Assembly: GCA_963793265.1 (NCBI GenBank)
Contig: CAWBZI010000007.1
Span: forward strand, 160,001 to 224,000
Source of the DNA: an uncultured cyanobacterium
GTDB taxonomy: Bacteria; Cyanobacteriota; Cyanobacteriia; Phormidesmidales; Phormidesmidaceae
Reading direction: 5' to 3'
Length of the DNA: 64,000 bases
Each line of letters begins with the position of its first letter. Positions within the stretch are counted from its first letter, which is position 1. This document shows positions 1 to 9,517 of the stretch, one piece after another. The translations under genes and the position numbers were made by a program. The notes below the pieces were generated by a model that saw nothing but the letters and a program-made list of their open reading frames with translations, had not been told where the DNA came from and searched no databases.

Positions 1-293
1 CAACCGGCAGCGATCGCCTTTTCCCGTTCGCCCGCTAGCGCATCAGCCGTCAGCGCAATCACAGGAATAGCCTGGGTTTCAGGGTTTGCCTTAATCTGTT
101 TTGTGGCCTCCCAGCCATTCATAATAGGCAGGTGCAAATCCATCAAAACTAAATCGGGCTGCTCCAAGCGTGCTTTCGTAACGGCCTCAGCGCCATCAAC
201 CGCCATCACCACCTCGTAGCCTTTGCGTACCAACCGGCGAGAAAGCATGTCTCGATTAATTTCGTTATCTTCAACTAAAAGAATTTTAGACAT
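1..293 (-). CDS. Single-domain response regulator (CheY/DivK-like), runs off the window edge
   Basis: Manual translation from ATG at 293: MSKILLVEDNEINRDMLSRRLVRKGYEV...PDLVLMDLHLPIMNGWEA...IPVIALTA; start overlaps the stop of the upstream ORF. Confidence 0.9.
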   Translation of the reverse strand, partial: MSKILLVEDNEINRDMLSRRLVRKGYEVVMAVDGAEAVTKARLEQPDLVLMDLHLPIMNGWEATKQIKANPETQAIPVIALTADALAGEREKAIAAG

Positions 294-2502
294 GGTGCTT
301 GCCAGTGGAAAGTTTTGATTCTGAAAGTTTTGATTTTGTAGATGCGATCGCTTCATCACTTGCCGACGGTTCAGCAATCCGCTGGCTCATAGCATCAATC
401 GCTTGAGCCAAAGGATGCTCAGGATAGCGCAGCGAGAAAACCTCACTACTGGCTAAATGCATCAGCGCCTCAGAGAACGGTAACACCTTACTCACTGGCA
501 CTTCATAAGCAGTTTCTAACTGTTGCCGGTAGGCAGGCACATCAAAGGCCGGTAGCGCTTTATTCACCACTAGCTGCATCTCTTCTACCGAAAGCATTTT
601 TGCCAGCTCAACCAACACAGAAGTCCCCTGATAGTCTTGATAGTCTGGGCGCAGCACCACCACTAAAAGATTGCACATAGAAATTGTCTGTAGCGTTTCC
701 TCACTAATGCCAGGATGCGTATCAATAAATAGGTAGTCTAGCTGCAGATCGCCAATAAGATCGTGAAAGCCATCGGTCAGCTTCTCTTTTTGATAGCCCT
801 CTCGGGTGATGCGCGTGATATCGCTAGGCTTGGTGCTCGCAGGCACTAGATAGATAGCCCCGTTAGCATTCACACTATTCGGCGGCGAACTCTCTTGCTT
901 TAGTAAATAGCTCAGGTCTTGAGCGGCCTCATAAAGCGTACTCTCACCCCATAGATAGCTGTTCAGCGTGTGGCCCAGCGCCCGGTCTTTTAGGCCAAAC
1001 AGTACATGCACACCTGGAGAGAGCAAATCAGTGTCTACAACGCCAACGCGCTTTCCCTGCTTTGCCATGCTTATCGCCAGGCTACTTGTTATGTTTGACT
1101 TTCCTGTTCCACCACGAAAGGAATGAACAGCAATAATCTTTGAGTTGTCAGCGTGATACTCAGAAGACTCATCTGAAAAAGAGACTTGCTGCGAAAACTG
1201 CTGCGAGAGCGAAGGATACAAAGACGAACGGTATAGGTTCTCAATATCAAGACTGCCTTTTGTTCGTTCCTGAAGCTGCTGAAAATGGTCAGTCTCAACA
1301 ACTTCAGCAATCATCTGTTGCTTCTGGCCGCTATCGATAGACACCTGCAATAAATGTAGCTGCTGCGCCAAATGCTGCTCGCGAGAATGAACCTCTTGAG
1401 CCATATGCTGAAAAACGCGCGCAAGCTGACCTAGTTCGTCAGGATATTGAATAAGATCGTTCAGGCTCTCAGGCTCAAAGCTATTCGCTTCTACGGCGGC
1501 TGCTGCTGTGGTCAAACGCTTTACCTGCTGTAGATACAGAATCTCCTGATCGCGCAGTTGCTTGCGCTCCAAATAAGCACCGATTCTCGCCTTTAATAAA
1601 GTAGGGTCAAACGGCTTGTGTAAATAGTCTTCGGCCCCTAGCTCAATACATCTAACCGCGCCTTCTATCTCATCTAAAGCCGAAATCATAATCACTGGAA
1701 TATGCCGCCAGGTGTCGTGGCTTTTAAGCTGCTGTAGCAGTTCGACCCCGCTCATACCCGGCATAATTACGTCTAGCAAAATCAGATCGTAAGAAAGCGC
1801 TCGCAATAGGCGTAAACCCTGCTGAGCGCTGGTTGCCGTTGTTACTGTATAAGCTTGTTTTTTGAGCTGTCGGGCAAGCAAATCACAGTTAGTAGGGTTG
1901 TCATCAATGACTAAAATCATCCCCCCTTGAGGCGGCTGCTTAAGAGAATCTTGCTGCAATACCTGAAGCGCACTGGTGACGCTTTTTGCCAGGTGAGCGG
2001 CCTCTAAACTTTCGAGCGAAAGCGGGGCCGTACTATCCGACTTGGTGGTGATCATCTGAAGCTGCTGCTGAGCCAAATGAACAATATCACTCGTCAGCGC
2101 TAGTAGCTGCTGAGCTGAGCCGTTGAGCTTGTCAATATCAGGAATTAGCTCAGCTGGGGCCTCCTCTAGTAGCATTTCGCAGTAGCCAATAATCGTGCTT
2201 AGCGGCGTTAGCAGCTCCATTCGCAAAGTAGCGCCAAAGCTATCTAAGTCGCCGTCAATCTGGCTTTTCTCAAGCTGCTCAGGATCGAGAATAGCCGTGA
2301 CCAGCTCTAATAGCTGCTGGCTACAGCTACGGATCTTTTGGAGGTCTTCAAATAAGGTGGATGATGGCTGGCTCTGTAGCTCCTCTAAAAGCAAATCGCT
2401 ATAGCCAATCATGCCGCTAATAGGCGTGCAGAGTTCGTGGCGTAAATAAGTAACTAATGTATGGTGAGCGGGCGCGTGGTGCGCAGGCGTATCTTTCGAC
2501 AT
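286..2502 (-). CDS. Multidomain signalling protein: two HisKA-like segments, a receiver domain, a HAMP-like linker and a MinD/ParA ATPase
   Basis: RHELCTP and RMELLTP H-box-like segments; ILVIDD...LILLDVIMP...KP receiver; DELGQLARVF HAMP-like; deviant Walker A SFRGGTGKS and VVDTD. Confidence 0.85.
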   Translation of the reverse strand: MSKDTPAHHAPAHHTLVTYLRHELCTPISGMIGYSDLLLEELQSQPSSTLFEDLQKIRSCSQQLLELVTAILDPEQLEKSQIDGDLDSFGATLRMELLTPLSTIIGYCEMLLEEAPAELIPDIDKLNGSAQQLLALTSDIVHLAQQQLQMITTKSDSTAPLSLESLEAAHLAKSVTSALQVLQQDSLKQPPQGGMILVIDDNPTNCDLLARQLKKQAYTVTTATSAQQGLRLLRALSYDLILLDVIMPGMSGVELLQQLKSHDTWRHIPVIMISALDEIEGAVRCIELGAEDYLHKPFDPTLLKARIGAYLERKQLRDQEILYLQQVKRLTTAAAAVEANSFEPESLNDLIQYPDELGQLARVFQHMAQEVHSREQHLAQQLHLLQVSIDSGQKQQMIAEVVETDHFQQLQERTKGSLDIENLYRSSLYPSLSQQFSQQVSFSDESSEYHADNSKIIAVHSFRGGTGKSNITSSLAISMAKQGKRVGVVDTDLLSPGVHVLFGLKDRALGHTLNSYLWGESTLYEAAQDLSYLLKQESSPPNSVNANGAIYLVPASTKPSDITRITREGYQKEKLTDGFHDLIGDLQLDYLFIDTHPGISEETLQTISMCNLLVVVLRPDYQDYQGTSVLVELAKMLSVEEMQLVVNKALPAFDVPAYRQQLETAYEVPVSKVLPFSEALMHLASSEVFSLRYPEHPLAQAIDAMSQRIAEPSASDEAIASTKSKLSESKLSTGKHHV

Positions 2503-2534
2503 CTTCGATAACCAGTCCTAATAATAAGCCTTCT

Positions 2535-5042
2535 TTAGTGCGCTGTTAGCAAGTGATTAATCTCGTCTAGCAAAACCTGTTTGCTGCTGCCACCCTTTTG
2601 ATAAATCCGCTGAGTTTTCCCCTCTAGCCAAGCGCGTTCTTCATGGCTCAAATCCTTAGCGGTTAGCACCACTACCGGGATCTGTCGCCACTGCGGACGC
2701 TGGCGAAGCTCGCGAATAAACTCAAACCCGTCCATTTCAGGCATCATCAAGTCCAACAGGATAATGCTCGGCGTTTCAACTGACACTATCTCTAGCGCCC
2801 TACGCCCGTTTTCAGCTTCAACCGTATGCCATCCCGCTTTCGTAAGCTGACGACATATCATCTCACGATTGTCCACATTATCTTCTACAACCATCACAGA
2901 AGATGGTGACAGCTCGGCGCGATACGGCTGCAAAAGCCCCAGCAGTCGGTCGTAATCAATCGGCTTTAACACATAGTCAACTGCGCCTAGAGCGCTGCCT
3001 AGCGACTGGTCATCTACAATGGTCACCATCACCACTGGAATATCGGCCAAATCTGGATCGGACTTGAGCCGACTCAACACCTCCCAACCGTTAAGATTAG
3101 GCATTTTTACATCAAGCAAAATAGCCGCAGGCGATTGTTCTTTAGCCAATCGGATACCCTCTTCGCCACTTGAGGTTGAAAGCGCAATAAACCCTTCTCG
3201 CACTAAAAAACGCTGCATAATATCGCGCGCGGCTGGGTCATCGTCAATCACCAGGATAGTGCTAGCGCCCACGACTGAAGATGATACGCCGGTAGAAGCT
3301 TCACTGGCTTTAGGCAGCGTTGGTGCGATCGCCCCCTCAACCAAAAGTGGCTGCACCCGCTCAGGCAAACGAATGGTAAACGTTGTGCCCCGCCCAGCAT
3401 CGCTCTTAACTTTAATTTGTCCGCCCATCAGCTCACAAAACTGCTGGGTAATCACTAAGCCCAACCCGGTACCGCCATATTTACGCGTGGTTGAAGCGTC
3501 AGCCTGTGAGAAAGAGTGAAACAGCTTGGCCTGCTGCTCAGGGTTCATCCCGATGCCGGTATCGCTTACCCTGAAATCTATCCAGCCTTTTTCTATCTGT
3601 TGTACTTCAAGCGTAATCGTCCCGTTTTCTGTAAACTTGCTGGCATTGCTGAGCAGATTAAACAAACTTTGACGCAGCTTAGTCACATCAGCAGTCATGG
3701 TGCCAATGTCATCAGGGCAGTTTATCACTAGCGTATTGTGGTTTTTAGCAACCAATGGACGCAGCGTATCGGTGACTTCTTTGAGTAGAGGGGCGATCGC
3801 GAACGTCTCTAAAAAGAGTTCCATCTTGCCCGCTTCAACCTTAGAAAGATCCAAAATGTTGTTAATTAGCCCGAGCAAATGCTTGCCCGCCCCGTGAATC
3901 TTTTGCACATCAGGCACCAGGGCGCGCGAGCTGGCATCCGTCATTTCTTCAACCAGCATTTCGCTATAGCCAATAATGGCATTCAGCGGCGTGCGTAGCT
4001 CATGGCTCATATTCGCCAAAAACTTACTCTTAGTCGCGTTTGCCTCTTTGGCCTGAGCCGTTGCCGACTGAGCCACCTTCATACTTTTTGCAAGCTGATG
4101 CGTCCGCTTCTCAACCGCCTGAGCCAGGTTTTGCTCTCGGCTGGCCACCTCTTGAGCCATATGCTGAAACGCGCGGGCAAGCTGTCCGGGCTCGTCGGCG
4201 CGGCGGGCGATTCGATGGATTTTGGGCGAGTCAAACTCACTGACCCTCTTCGCTGTGACAGAGCCAGTCGTCAGCCTTTGGGCAATGCTTGTAAGCTGCT
4301 TAACCGGGCTGATTACCCGCCGCTTGAGTAGCTGACTTACCAGCAGCGAGAGCATCGTGAAAATAGAGATAAAAATACCCATGGTCAATACTAAGTACTG
4401 ACGACCCTTAGCAAATACTGCGCTAGAGGGCACATAAATAGTCTGAGCGGCAACCACACTGCCAAGCTGCCAGCCATAGCCGTTCTGATCCCCGAAGGTT
4501 GCAAGCTGACTTTTGGGGGCAGCCTCAGGTCGGCCATGGCACTGCAAACAGCTAGCCGCCGATACTTTCAAAGGGCGAGAGGTGAAAAAGAGATCTTGCC
4601 CAGCTACGTTTCGGTAGCCAGAGAGCTTAGCCATATCAGGTTGAGCCTGAAACTGTTCTACCAGCCGAGCTTCAAACTCGTCTGCTTTATCTTCAAGATT
4701 AGTCGGGTTCAGCGTCGCTTCTTTGTAGAAGAAATCCTCATACTCGGGCTGCGCTCGAAAGTTATTAAAAACTTCTTTGGCTGAATAGGCAGGCACTACT
4801 TCGCTAATAAAAGCGGGCGCTATGGCTAGCTGGTCTTGCAGCAGAGGGGCCACGTGATCGCTCGTATAGCTTCTGACCGCGTTCATCGTCTGGGTCAAAA
4901 TTTCGGCTTTGGTCGTAATTTCGTCTTCTGCCTTACGCTGCATCGCCTCCGATAGGGTAACGCCGCTGAGGATGATGCCGCCTAAGAAAATTAAGGTTAA
5001 CAGCAGGGTGAATTGAGTGCCAAGCTTAAGTTTTCTAAACAT
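2535..5042 (-). CDS. Hybrid sensor histidine kinase with a periplasmic DUF3365/Tll0287-like heme-c-motif domain, HAMP, HisKA, HATPase and two receiver domains
   Basis: Two TM helices; CLQCH (CxxCH); [35 protein letters not shown]; two REC domains. Confidence 0.9.
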   Translation of the reverse strand: MFRKLKLGTQFTLLLTLIFLGGIILSGVTLSEAMQRKAEDEITTKAEILTQTMNAVRSYTSDHVAPLLQDQLAIAPAFISEVVPAYSAKEVFNNFRAQPEYEDFFYKEATLNPTNLEDKADEFEARLVEQFQAQPDMAKLSGYRNVAGQDLFFTSRPLKVSAASCLQCHGRPEAAPKSQLATFGDQNGYGWQLGSVVAAQTIYVPSSAVFAKGRQYLVLTMGIFISIFTMLSLLVSQLLKRRVISPVKQLTSIAQRLTTGSVTAKRVSEFDSPKIHRIARRADEPGQLARAFQHMAQEVASREQNLAQAVEKRTHQLAKSMKVAQSATAQAKEANATKSKFLANMSHELRTPLNAIIGYSEMLVEEMTDASSRALVPDVQKIHGAGKHLLGLINNILDLSKVEAGKMELFLETFAIAPLLKEVTDTLRPLVAKNHNTLVINCPDDIGTMTADVTKLRQSLFNLLSNASKFTENGTITLEVQQIEKGWIDFRVSDTGIGMNPEQQAKLFHSFSQADASTTRKYGGTGLGLVITQQFCELMGGQIKVKSDAGRGTTFTIRLPERVQPLLVEGAIAPTLPKASEASTGVSSSVVGASTILVIDDDPAARDIMQRFLVREGFIALSTSSGEEGIRLAKEQSPAAILLDVKMPNLNGWEVLSRLKSDPDLADIPVVMVTIVDDQSLGSALGAVDYVLKPIDYDRLLGLLQPYRAELSPSSVMVVEDNVDNREMICRQLTKAGWHTVEAENGRRALEIVSVETPSIILLDLMMPEMDGFEFIRELRQRPQWRQIPVVVLTAKDLSHEERAWLEGKTQRIYQKGGSSKQVLLDEINHLLTAH

Positions 5043-5330
5043 TTTTAGCTCTTATATATGTTCGTTAGCTTGGAGAAGACGCGATCGCACGTGAATCCAA
5101 ACGCTTTTCCTAACGTCAGCTCAAAACGGTAGATAGCCAGTGAAATCACGTAATTTGCATAACGTAAAATATACATTTTATCAGAGCATACCGAAGAAAT
5201 TCTTATAAAACTTCCTAATGTGGAAACCTGAAACATTTTTTTACCGCACGTATAGACGCTAGAAATTTTAGCAATCGAGGACTTCTCTCGTTTTTCTTGA
5301 TTGCTATCCTGTTGTCATACTCTTTAAACG

Positions 5331-5383
5331 ACAACAACACCAACAGCGAGATTTTTTACATATCTCTCTATTGATGTTGTTGT
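5331..5383 (-). terminator. Long stem-loop downstream of the cupin gene (possible terminator or processing signal)
   Basis: 22-bp arms at 5331-5352 and 5362-5383 with 3 mismatches, two of which become G-U pairs on the minus strand. Confidence 0.45.
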
Positions 5384-5423
5384 TTTTAGCTGTGTTAGCT
5401 GTGTTAGAAACGAGCGTCTGCGT

Positions 5424-5912
5424 CTAGGCAGCTCTCAAGTACTCAACCTCAAACCCGTGATAATACGGTCTACCCCCTGACGTTAAAAGCTGTTGTAGCT
5501 TAGGAATTTCACCACTGTTATAAACTCGGAACTCGCTTTCTACTTTAGCCGTCTGCTCTCTTACCGCCTGATTAATCACCAGCGAACCGTCTCTATCTGA
5601 CTCAGAGCGGTGAAACGTGCCGGGTGGAATCCGTAGAATATGTTTGTTAGCATCTAGCCTGACCACATGATACGGGTTTTCCCATTCAAAATTAACGAGG
5701 TGAAACGTGCGACCCCCTGAGAGTGCTAGTAAATTGTCTTCCTGACGAGGATGCAAGTAGAACTGCCAGTCGCCTTGTTCAGCATTGTTTGGACTAATCG
5801 CTGGCCCGGTATGGCAAACCAAATCACGGGCGTTAGAAGACGGTACTGTGATGTCAAAAAACTGAACGCTAGGCGTATCTCTGAACTTTTGGAACTGAAG
5901 TAACTCGAACAT
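5424..5912 (-). CDS. Cupin-fold protein (RmlC-like)
   Basis: FYLHPRQEDNL and LRIPPGTFHRS cupin-like motifs. Confidence 0.65.
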   Translation of the reverse strand: MFELLQFQKFRDTPSVQFFDITVPSSNARDLVCHTGPAISPNNAEQGDWQFYLHPRQEDNLLALSGGRTFHLVNFEWENPYHVVRLDANKHILRIPPGTFHRSESDRDGSLVINQAVREQTAKVESEFRVYNSGEIPKLQQLLTSGGRPYYHGFEVEYLRAA

Positions 5913-6016
5913 AGGAACCCCTCATTTGTAAGGTCATTAGAAACTTGACCTCTGTGAATTGTTGTAACCTTAACTTTACCTTTAGCAATGATCAAACCGC
6001 CTGCTGGTATATATCT

Positions 6017-6031
6017 ATGCGCAAAGCGAAT
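6017..6031. promoter_or_regulatory. Putative LysR T-N11-A box
   Basis: ATGCG-CAAAG-CGAAT imperfect dyad directly upstream of the LysR gene in a divergent intergenic region. Confidence 0.4.
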
Positions 6032-6036
6032 ATAAG

Positions 6037-6918
6037 TTGTCTATGAACATTTTTCAGCTGGAAGTGCTCGCTGCGGTCACACAGCACGGTACTTTCTCGG
6101 AGGCAGCGATCGCACTCGAAGTCTCTCAGTCAGCGGTTAGCCGGGCCATTGCCGCTCTAGAAACCGAGCTAGGCATTCCGCTACTCACGCGGGGTCGATT
6201 TGGCGCTAAGCTCACCCCGGTTGGAGAGCGGATTATCCGGCACAGTGAGAAAATGCTGGAACTCAAGGAGCACATAGACTATGAGGCCAATCTAGAAAAG
6301 GGTCTGTACCGCTCTCGCCTGCGAATTTCTTCGTTTCGCAGCGCCGCAACCCATCTGCTACCGGCTAACATCGCCCGATTTCGCAAGCAGTTTCCCTACG
6401 TAGAGATCACCCTTTCAGAGCTTGATCCTGCCGGGGTAGAAAATTCTCTACGAGAAGGCAATACGGATATAGGACTCATTCCCTTGCCGCGCTCGGAAGA
6501 GTTTAGGACAGTTGAAATCGCCCGCGATGAATATGTTGTCTTACTCCCTAAGATAGATCCACCGCCGCCCAAAGATCTAACCTGGGAAGATCTTTCTGGC
6601 TACTCTTTTATTCTGTTTAACTACGCTGAGTGTACGAGCGCTGTACGCGACCATTGGGACAGGTGGAAACAGCCTTTTGAGGTGGCCTATGTTATTAAAG
6701 AAGACTCGACAATTGTGAGTATGGTTGCCCAAGGGTTAGGCGCGGCCATTTTGCCAAGACTCGCCGCGCTGCCGATTCCAGATGAGGTGTATGTGCGATC
6801 GCTACCCATCCGCTTAAATCGCATCATCGGCGCAGCGGTTTTAGCCAATACGCCCCCCTCACCTGCGGTACAAATGTTTTTGGACGTACTGAGCCAGCGG
6901 GGCAGATTCTCTGAGTAG
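6037..6918 (+). CDS. LysR family transcriptional regulator
   Basis: N-terminal HTH GTFSEAAIALEVSQSAVSRAIAALETELG; C-terminal MVAQGLGAAILP. Confidence 0.95.
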   Translation: MSMNIFQLEVLAAVTQHGTFSEAAIALEVSQSAVSRAIAALETELGIPLLTRGRFGAKLTPVGERIIRHSEKMLELKEHIDYEANLEKGLYRSRLRISSFRSAATHLLPANIARFRKQFPYVEITLSELDPAGVENSLREGNTDIGLIPLPRSEEFRTVEIARDEYVVLLPKIDPPPPKDLTWEDLSGYSFILFNYAECTSAVRDHWDRWKQPFEVAYVIKEDSTIVSMVAQGLGAAILPRLAALPIPDEVYVRSLPIRLNRIIGAAVLANTPPSPAVQMFLDVLSQRGRFSE

Positions 6919-6926
6919 GGCTTTTT

Positions 6927-8138
6927 CTAAGTGCCCTTTTGGTCAATCACCAAAGCCTGCTCCAAAGCCGCTTTCTCTTTTGCCCGCCTGGCGTAAGCTT
7001 CTAATGATGAGAGACTAAACCCTGAGAGAATGCTGAGATTTTCCAGACTCATCCCTTTCGTCAGTAGCTCTATGCACCAAGTTTGGCGCGCGTGAAAAGG
7101 CGTCGCTGGTAAGCCCGTGACGGTAAGCGTTTCCGCAGCGATTGTGTTCCACAGCTCAATAATGCCGTCTGTATCCAACGGCTTCGCGTCTGTATCAACA
7201 AACATTTCAGGCTGTTCATCCTGACGACTTTTGAGCCATTGCGTGAGCGGATTTTTGAGATAGGTGCCGTAGCGGTTGCCCAGTATCCAACGGTTCAGCG
7301 GCACCTGTCTGGATATCCGCTGACTACTCGGCTCTGTGATGGTGAGCAGGTGCTGAGATTTGCTGCTTAAGGAGTGCGATCGCAGCAGTCCTACTGCTTC
7401 TTCTACGCGCAGCCCCGCACCAAACAGAACGTAAGTCAAAGCGTATTCCTGCGGGCCGAGCTTCTTTGCTTTTTGGAAGAGCGATCGCACCGTTTCTGCG
7501 GGCAAATCTTCAACAACACCTGTCCCTTCGCTCATCGGGCTATCAGCAGTGATAGCTTGGTCGCTGCTAGCTGCTAAGAACAAAGCATTCGTCGCCGCTA
7601 AAAAGTCTTCCTGGCTCTGTTTAATCCCGTGTCCACCGCTGGCAAACTCCATCACCGCCCGGCCCATCACCAGCATATTTAAAAGGCTCGCGACTGTCTC
7701 TACAGAGAGCCCAGGCGGCAGGCTCACCCCAGCACCGCGTAAGTAGCCTACTGTTTGCTGATTCGCCAGGCACAGCGTTTGCCCCAACGCCTGCAAATTT
7801 TCAGCGGGCGCTTGACCGGCTTCTCCAATGAGCGATCGCACCAGCTCTGGCGCATCTCCTAACAGCTCTAGTCCCAAAGCGCCATAGGCCATCACGGGCT
7901 CATTAGCACCCACGATATCTGCGAGCGCCGCTTGCATACTCTCAACAATAGGCGCTTCTTCTAAAACGGCCAAAAGTAAGCCGTGCTTGCTACCAAACTG
8001 CCGAAACAAAGTCACTTCATTTACCCCAGCCTGCTCAGCCGTTTGCTTGGTCGTTGTCGCCGTAATGCCTTGTGTTAAAAACAGCGATACTGCTGACTTT
8101 AGTATCTTTTCTCTGCTAGATATCTTTTGCTCTGCCAT
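6927..8138 (-). CDS. TetR family regulator fused to a degenerate tyrosine-recombinase-like C-terminal domain
   Basis: TetR HTH (AGVNEVTLFRQFGSK); C-terminal GAGLRVEEAVGL, TPFHARQTW and LSGF...AY resemble integrase boxes. Confidence 0.8.
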   Translation of the reverse strand: MAEQKISSREKILKSAVSLFLTQGITATTTKQTAEQAGVNEVTLFRQFGSKHGLLLAVLEEAPIVESMQAALADIVGANEPVMAYGALGLELLGDAPELVRSLIGEAGQAPAENLQALGQTLCLANQQTVGYLRGAGVSLPPGLSVETVASLLNMLVMGRAVMEFASGGHGIKQSQEDFLAATNALFLAASSDQAITADSPMSEGTGVVEDLPAETVRSLFQKAKKLGPQEYALTYVLFGAGLRVEEAVGLLRSHSLSSKSQHLLTITEPSSQRISRQVPLNRWILGNRYGTYLKNPLTQWLKSRQDEQPEMFVDTDAKPLDTDGIIELWNTIAAETLTVTGLPATPFHARQTWCIELLTKGMSLENLSILSGFSLSSLEAYARRAKEKAALEQALVIDQKGT

Positions 8139-8222
8139 CTTTCTTTAGGGTTGTGTGTACGGTCTTGAAAAGAATATAAATACTTGTCTATAGGAACCTA
8201 GTGAGTCATTCGGAATATATTT

Positions 8223-8286
8223 TGCAAGTAACACTTGCACTATTGTAGCACCTACGCTAGGCTAACAAATGTAAGCAGCACTTGCA
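8223..8286. promoter_or_regulatory. Two 17-bp palindromic operators between tetR and desC
   Basis: TGCAAGT-AAC-ACTTGCA (8223-8239, perfect dyad) and TGTAAGC-AGC-ACTTGCA (8270-8286). Confidence 0.7.
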
Positions 8287-8352
8287 GAGGTTATTCCGCT
8301 GGCCGATCTGTTTACCCAGCAGTCACTATCAATCAATCGTTCAAAGGACACT

Positions 8353-9306
8353 ATGAACACTGGCATTCCCCCCAAAAACTTCCCCTCACCTTCGCTATTT
8401 AAGGGTTCTCTAAGTGAAGGCAGCCTGCGCCCTGCTGCCAAAGCTTCAGTATCCACCGAACCCAACCAGGCAGATCAGCCCACCGACAAGCCCGCCGATA
8501 AAATTAGCTGGCTGACCGTCGGCTTTTTTGGGGTGTTTCACGCGTTTGCGCTGCTTGCGCCCTGGTGTTTCTCCTGGCCTGCGCTCGGAGCAGCCATCTT
8601 TCTACACTGGGTCAGCGGCAGCATTGGCATTTGCATGGGCTATCACCGAATGCTTACCCACCGTAGCTTTAAGGTGCCAAAGTGGCTGGAATACATCATC
8701 GCCACAGCAGGCGCGCTGGCCTTGCAAGGTGGCCCTACGTTCTGGGTCGCAGGCCACCGGCAGCACCACGCCTTTACCGAAGACGTAGAGAAAGATCCGT
8801 ATTCGGCCAAAAAAGGCTTCTGGTGGAGCCACATGGTTTGGATGTTCTACCTCAAGCCAGAAGTGTTTGACCGTAAGATATATGCGAAAAACGCGCCTGA
8901 TATTGCTCGCGACCCTTACTACGCCTTTTTAGACAAGTACTTTCTTGTGCTGCAAGTGCCGGTTGCACTTATTCTATATGCCATGGGCGGCTGGTCGTTT
9001 GTCATCTACGGCGTGTTCGTCAGAGCGGTTGCCCTGTGGCACTGCACCTGGCTAATTAATTCTGCTAATCACATATCCGGCTATCGCCACTTCGAGAGCG
9101 ACGACAACTCTCGAAACCTTTGGTGGGTAGCACTTCTCACCTATGGCGAAGGCTGGCACAACAACCACCACGCTTTTCCTAAAATGGCTAAAGCTGGGTT
9201 GACGAAGTGGGAGATTGACCCGACCTGGTGGTTGATTAAAGGGCTTAAGAAGGTTGGCTTAGCGACTAAAGTTGTGATGCCGCCAGCTAAAGCAAGTGTT
9301 AGATAG
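8353..9306 (+). CDS. desC: Delta-9 acyl-lipid desaturase
   Basis: His boxes HRMLTH, HRQHH and GEGWHNNHH. Confidence 0.9.
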   Translation: MNTGIPPKNFPSPSLFKGSLSEGSLRPAAKASVSTEPNQADQPTDKPADKISWLTVGFFGVFHAFALLAPWCFSWPALGAAIFLHWVSGSIGICMGYHRMLTHRSFKVPKWLEYIIATAGALALQGGPTFWVAGHRQHHAFTEDVEKDPYSAKKGFWWSHMVWMFYLKPEVFDRKIYAKNAPDIARDPYYAFLDKYFLVLQVPVALILYAMGGWSFVIYGVFVRAVALWHCTWLINSANHISGYRHFESDDNSRNLWWVALLTYGEGWHNNHHAFPKMAKAGLTKWEIDPTWWLIKGLKKVGLATKVVMPPAKASVR

Positions 9307-9417
9307 GATTTGAGCTGGCTTTAGGACAATTGAGGCTATGGAATAAGGTCTGGTGATCGCGATCGCCAGACCTTTTATCGTTTTAAAGGACTGGCGTCGA
9401 AATAGAATACCGTTAGT

Positions 9418-9479
9418 GGTCAGTGTTTATTGTCCCGGAGGGCGTAAACCCTTACGCCCTCCGACTCGGACATACTGCC
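9418..9479 (+). promoter_or_regulatory. Structured 5' leader (nested stem-loop) upstream of the antiporter gene
   Basis: Perfect 12-bp stem CGGAGGGCGTAA/TTACGCCCTCCG (9436-9463) extended by TGTCC/GGACA and CAGTG/TACTG. Confidence 0.5.
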
Positions 9480-9517
9480 TTCTCACCTATCTTCAACGAC
9501 ACGTTCTATGGAGTGCG

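Noticed and set aside
9353..9517. N-terminal extension of the antiporter ORF
   Set aside because: Non-membrane, low-plausibility sequence overlapping a strong RNA hairpin; ATG 9518 with an upstream GGAG is the better start
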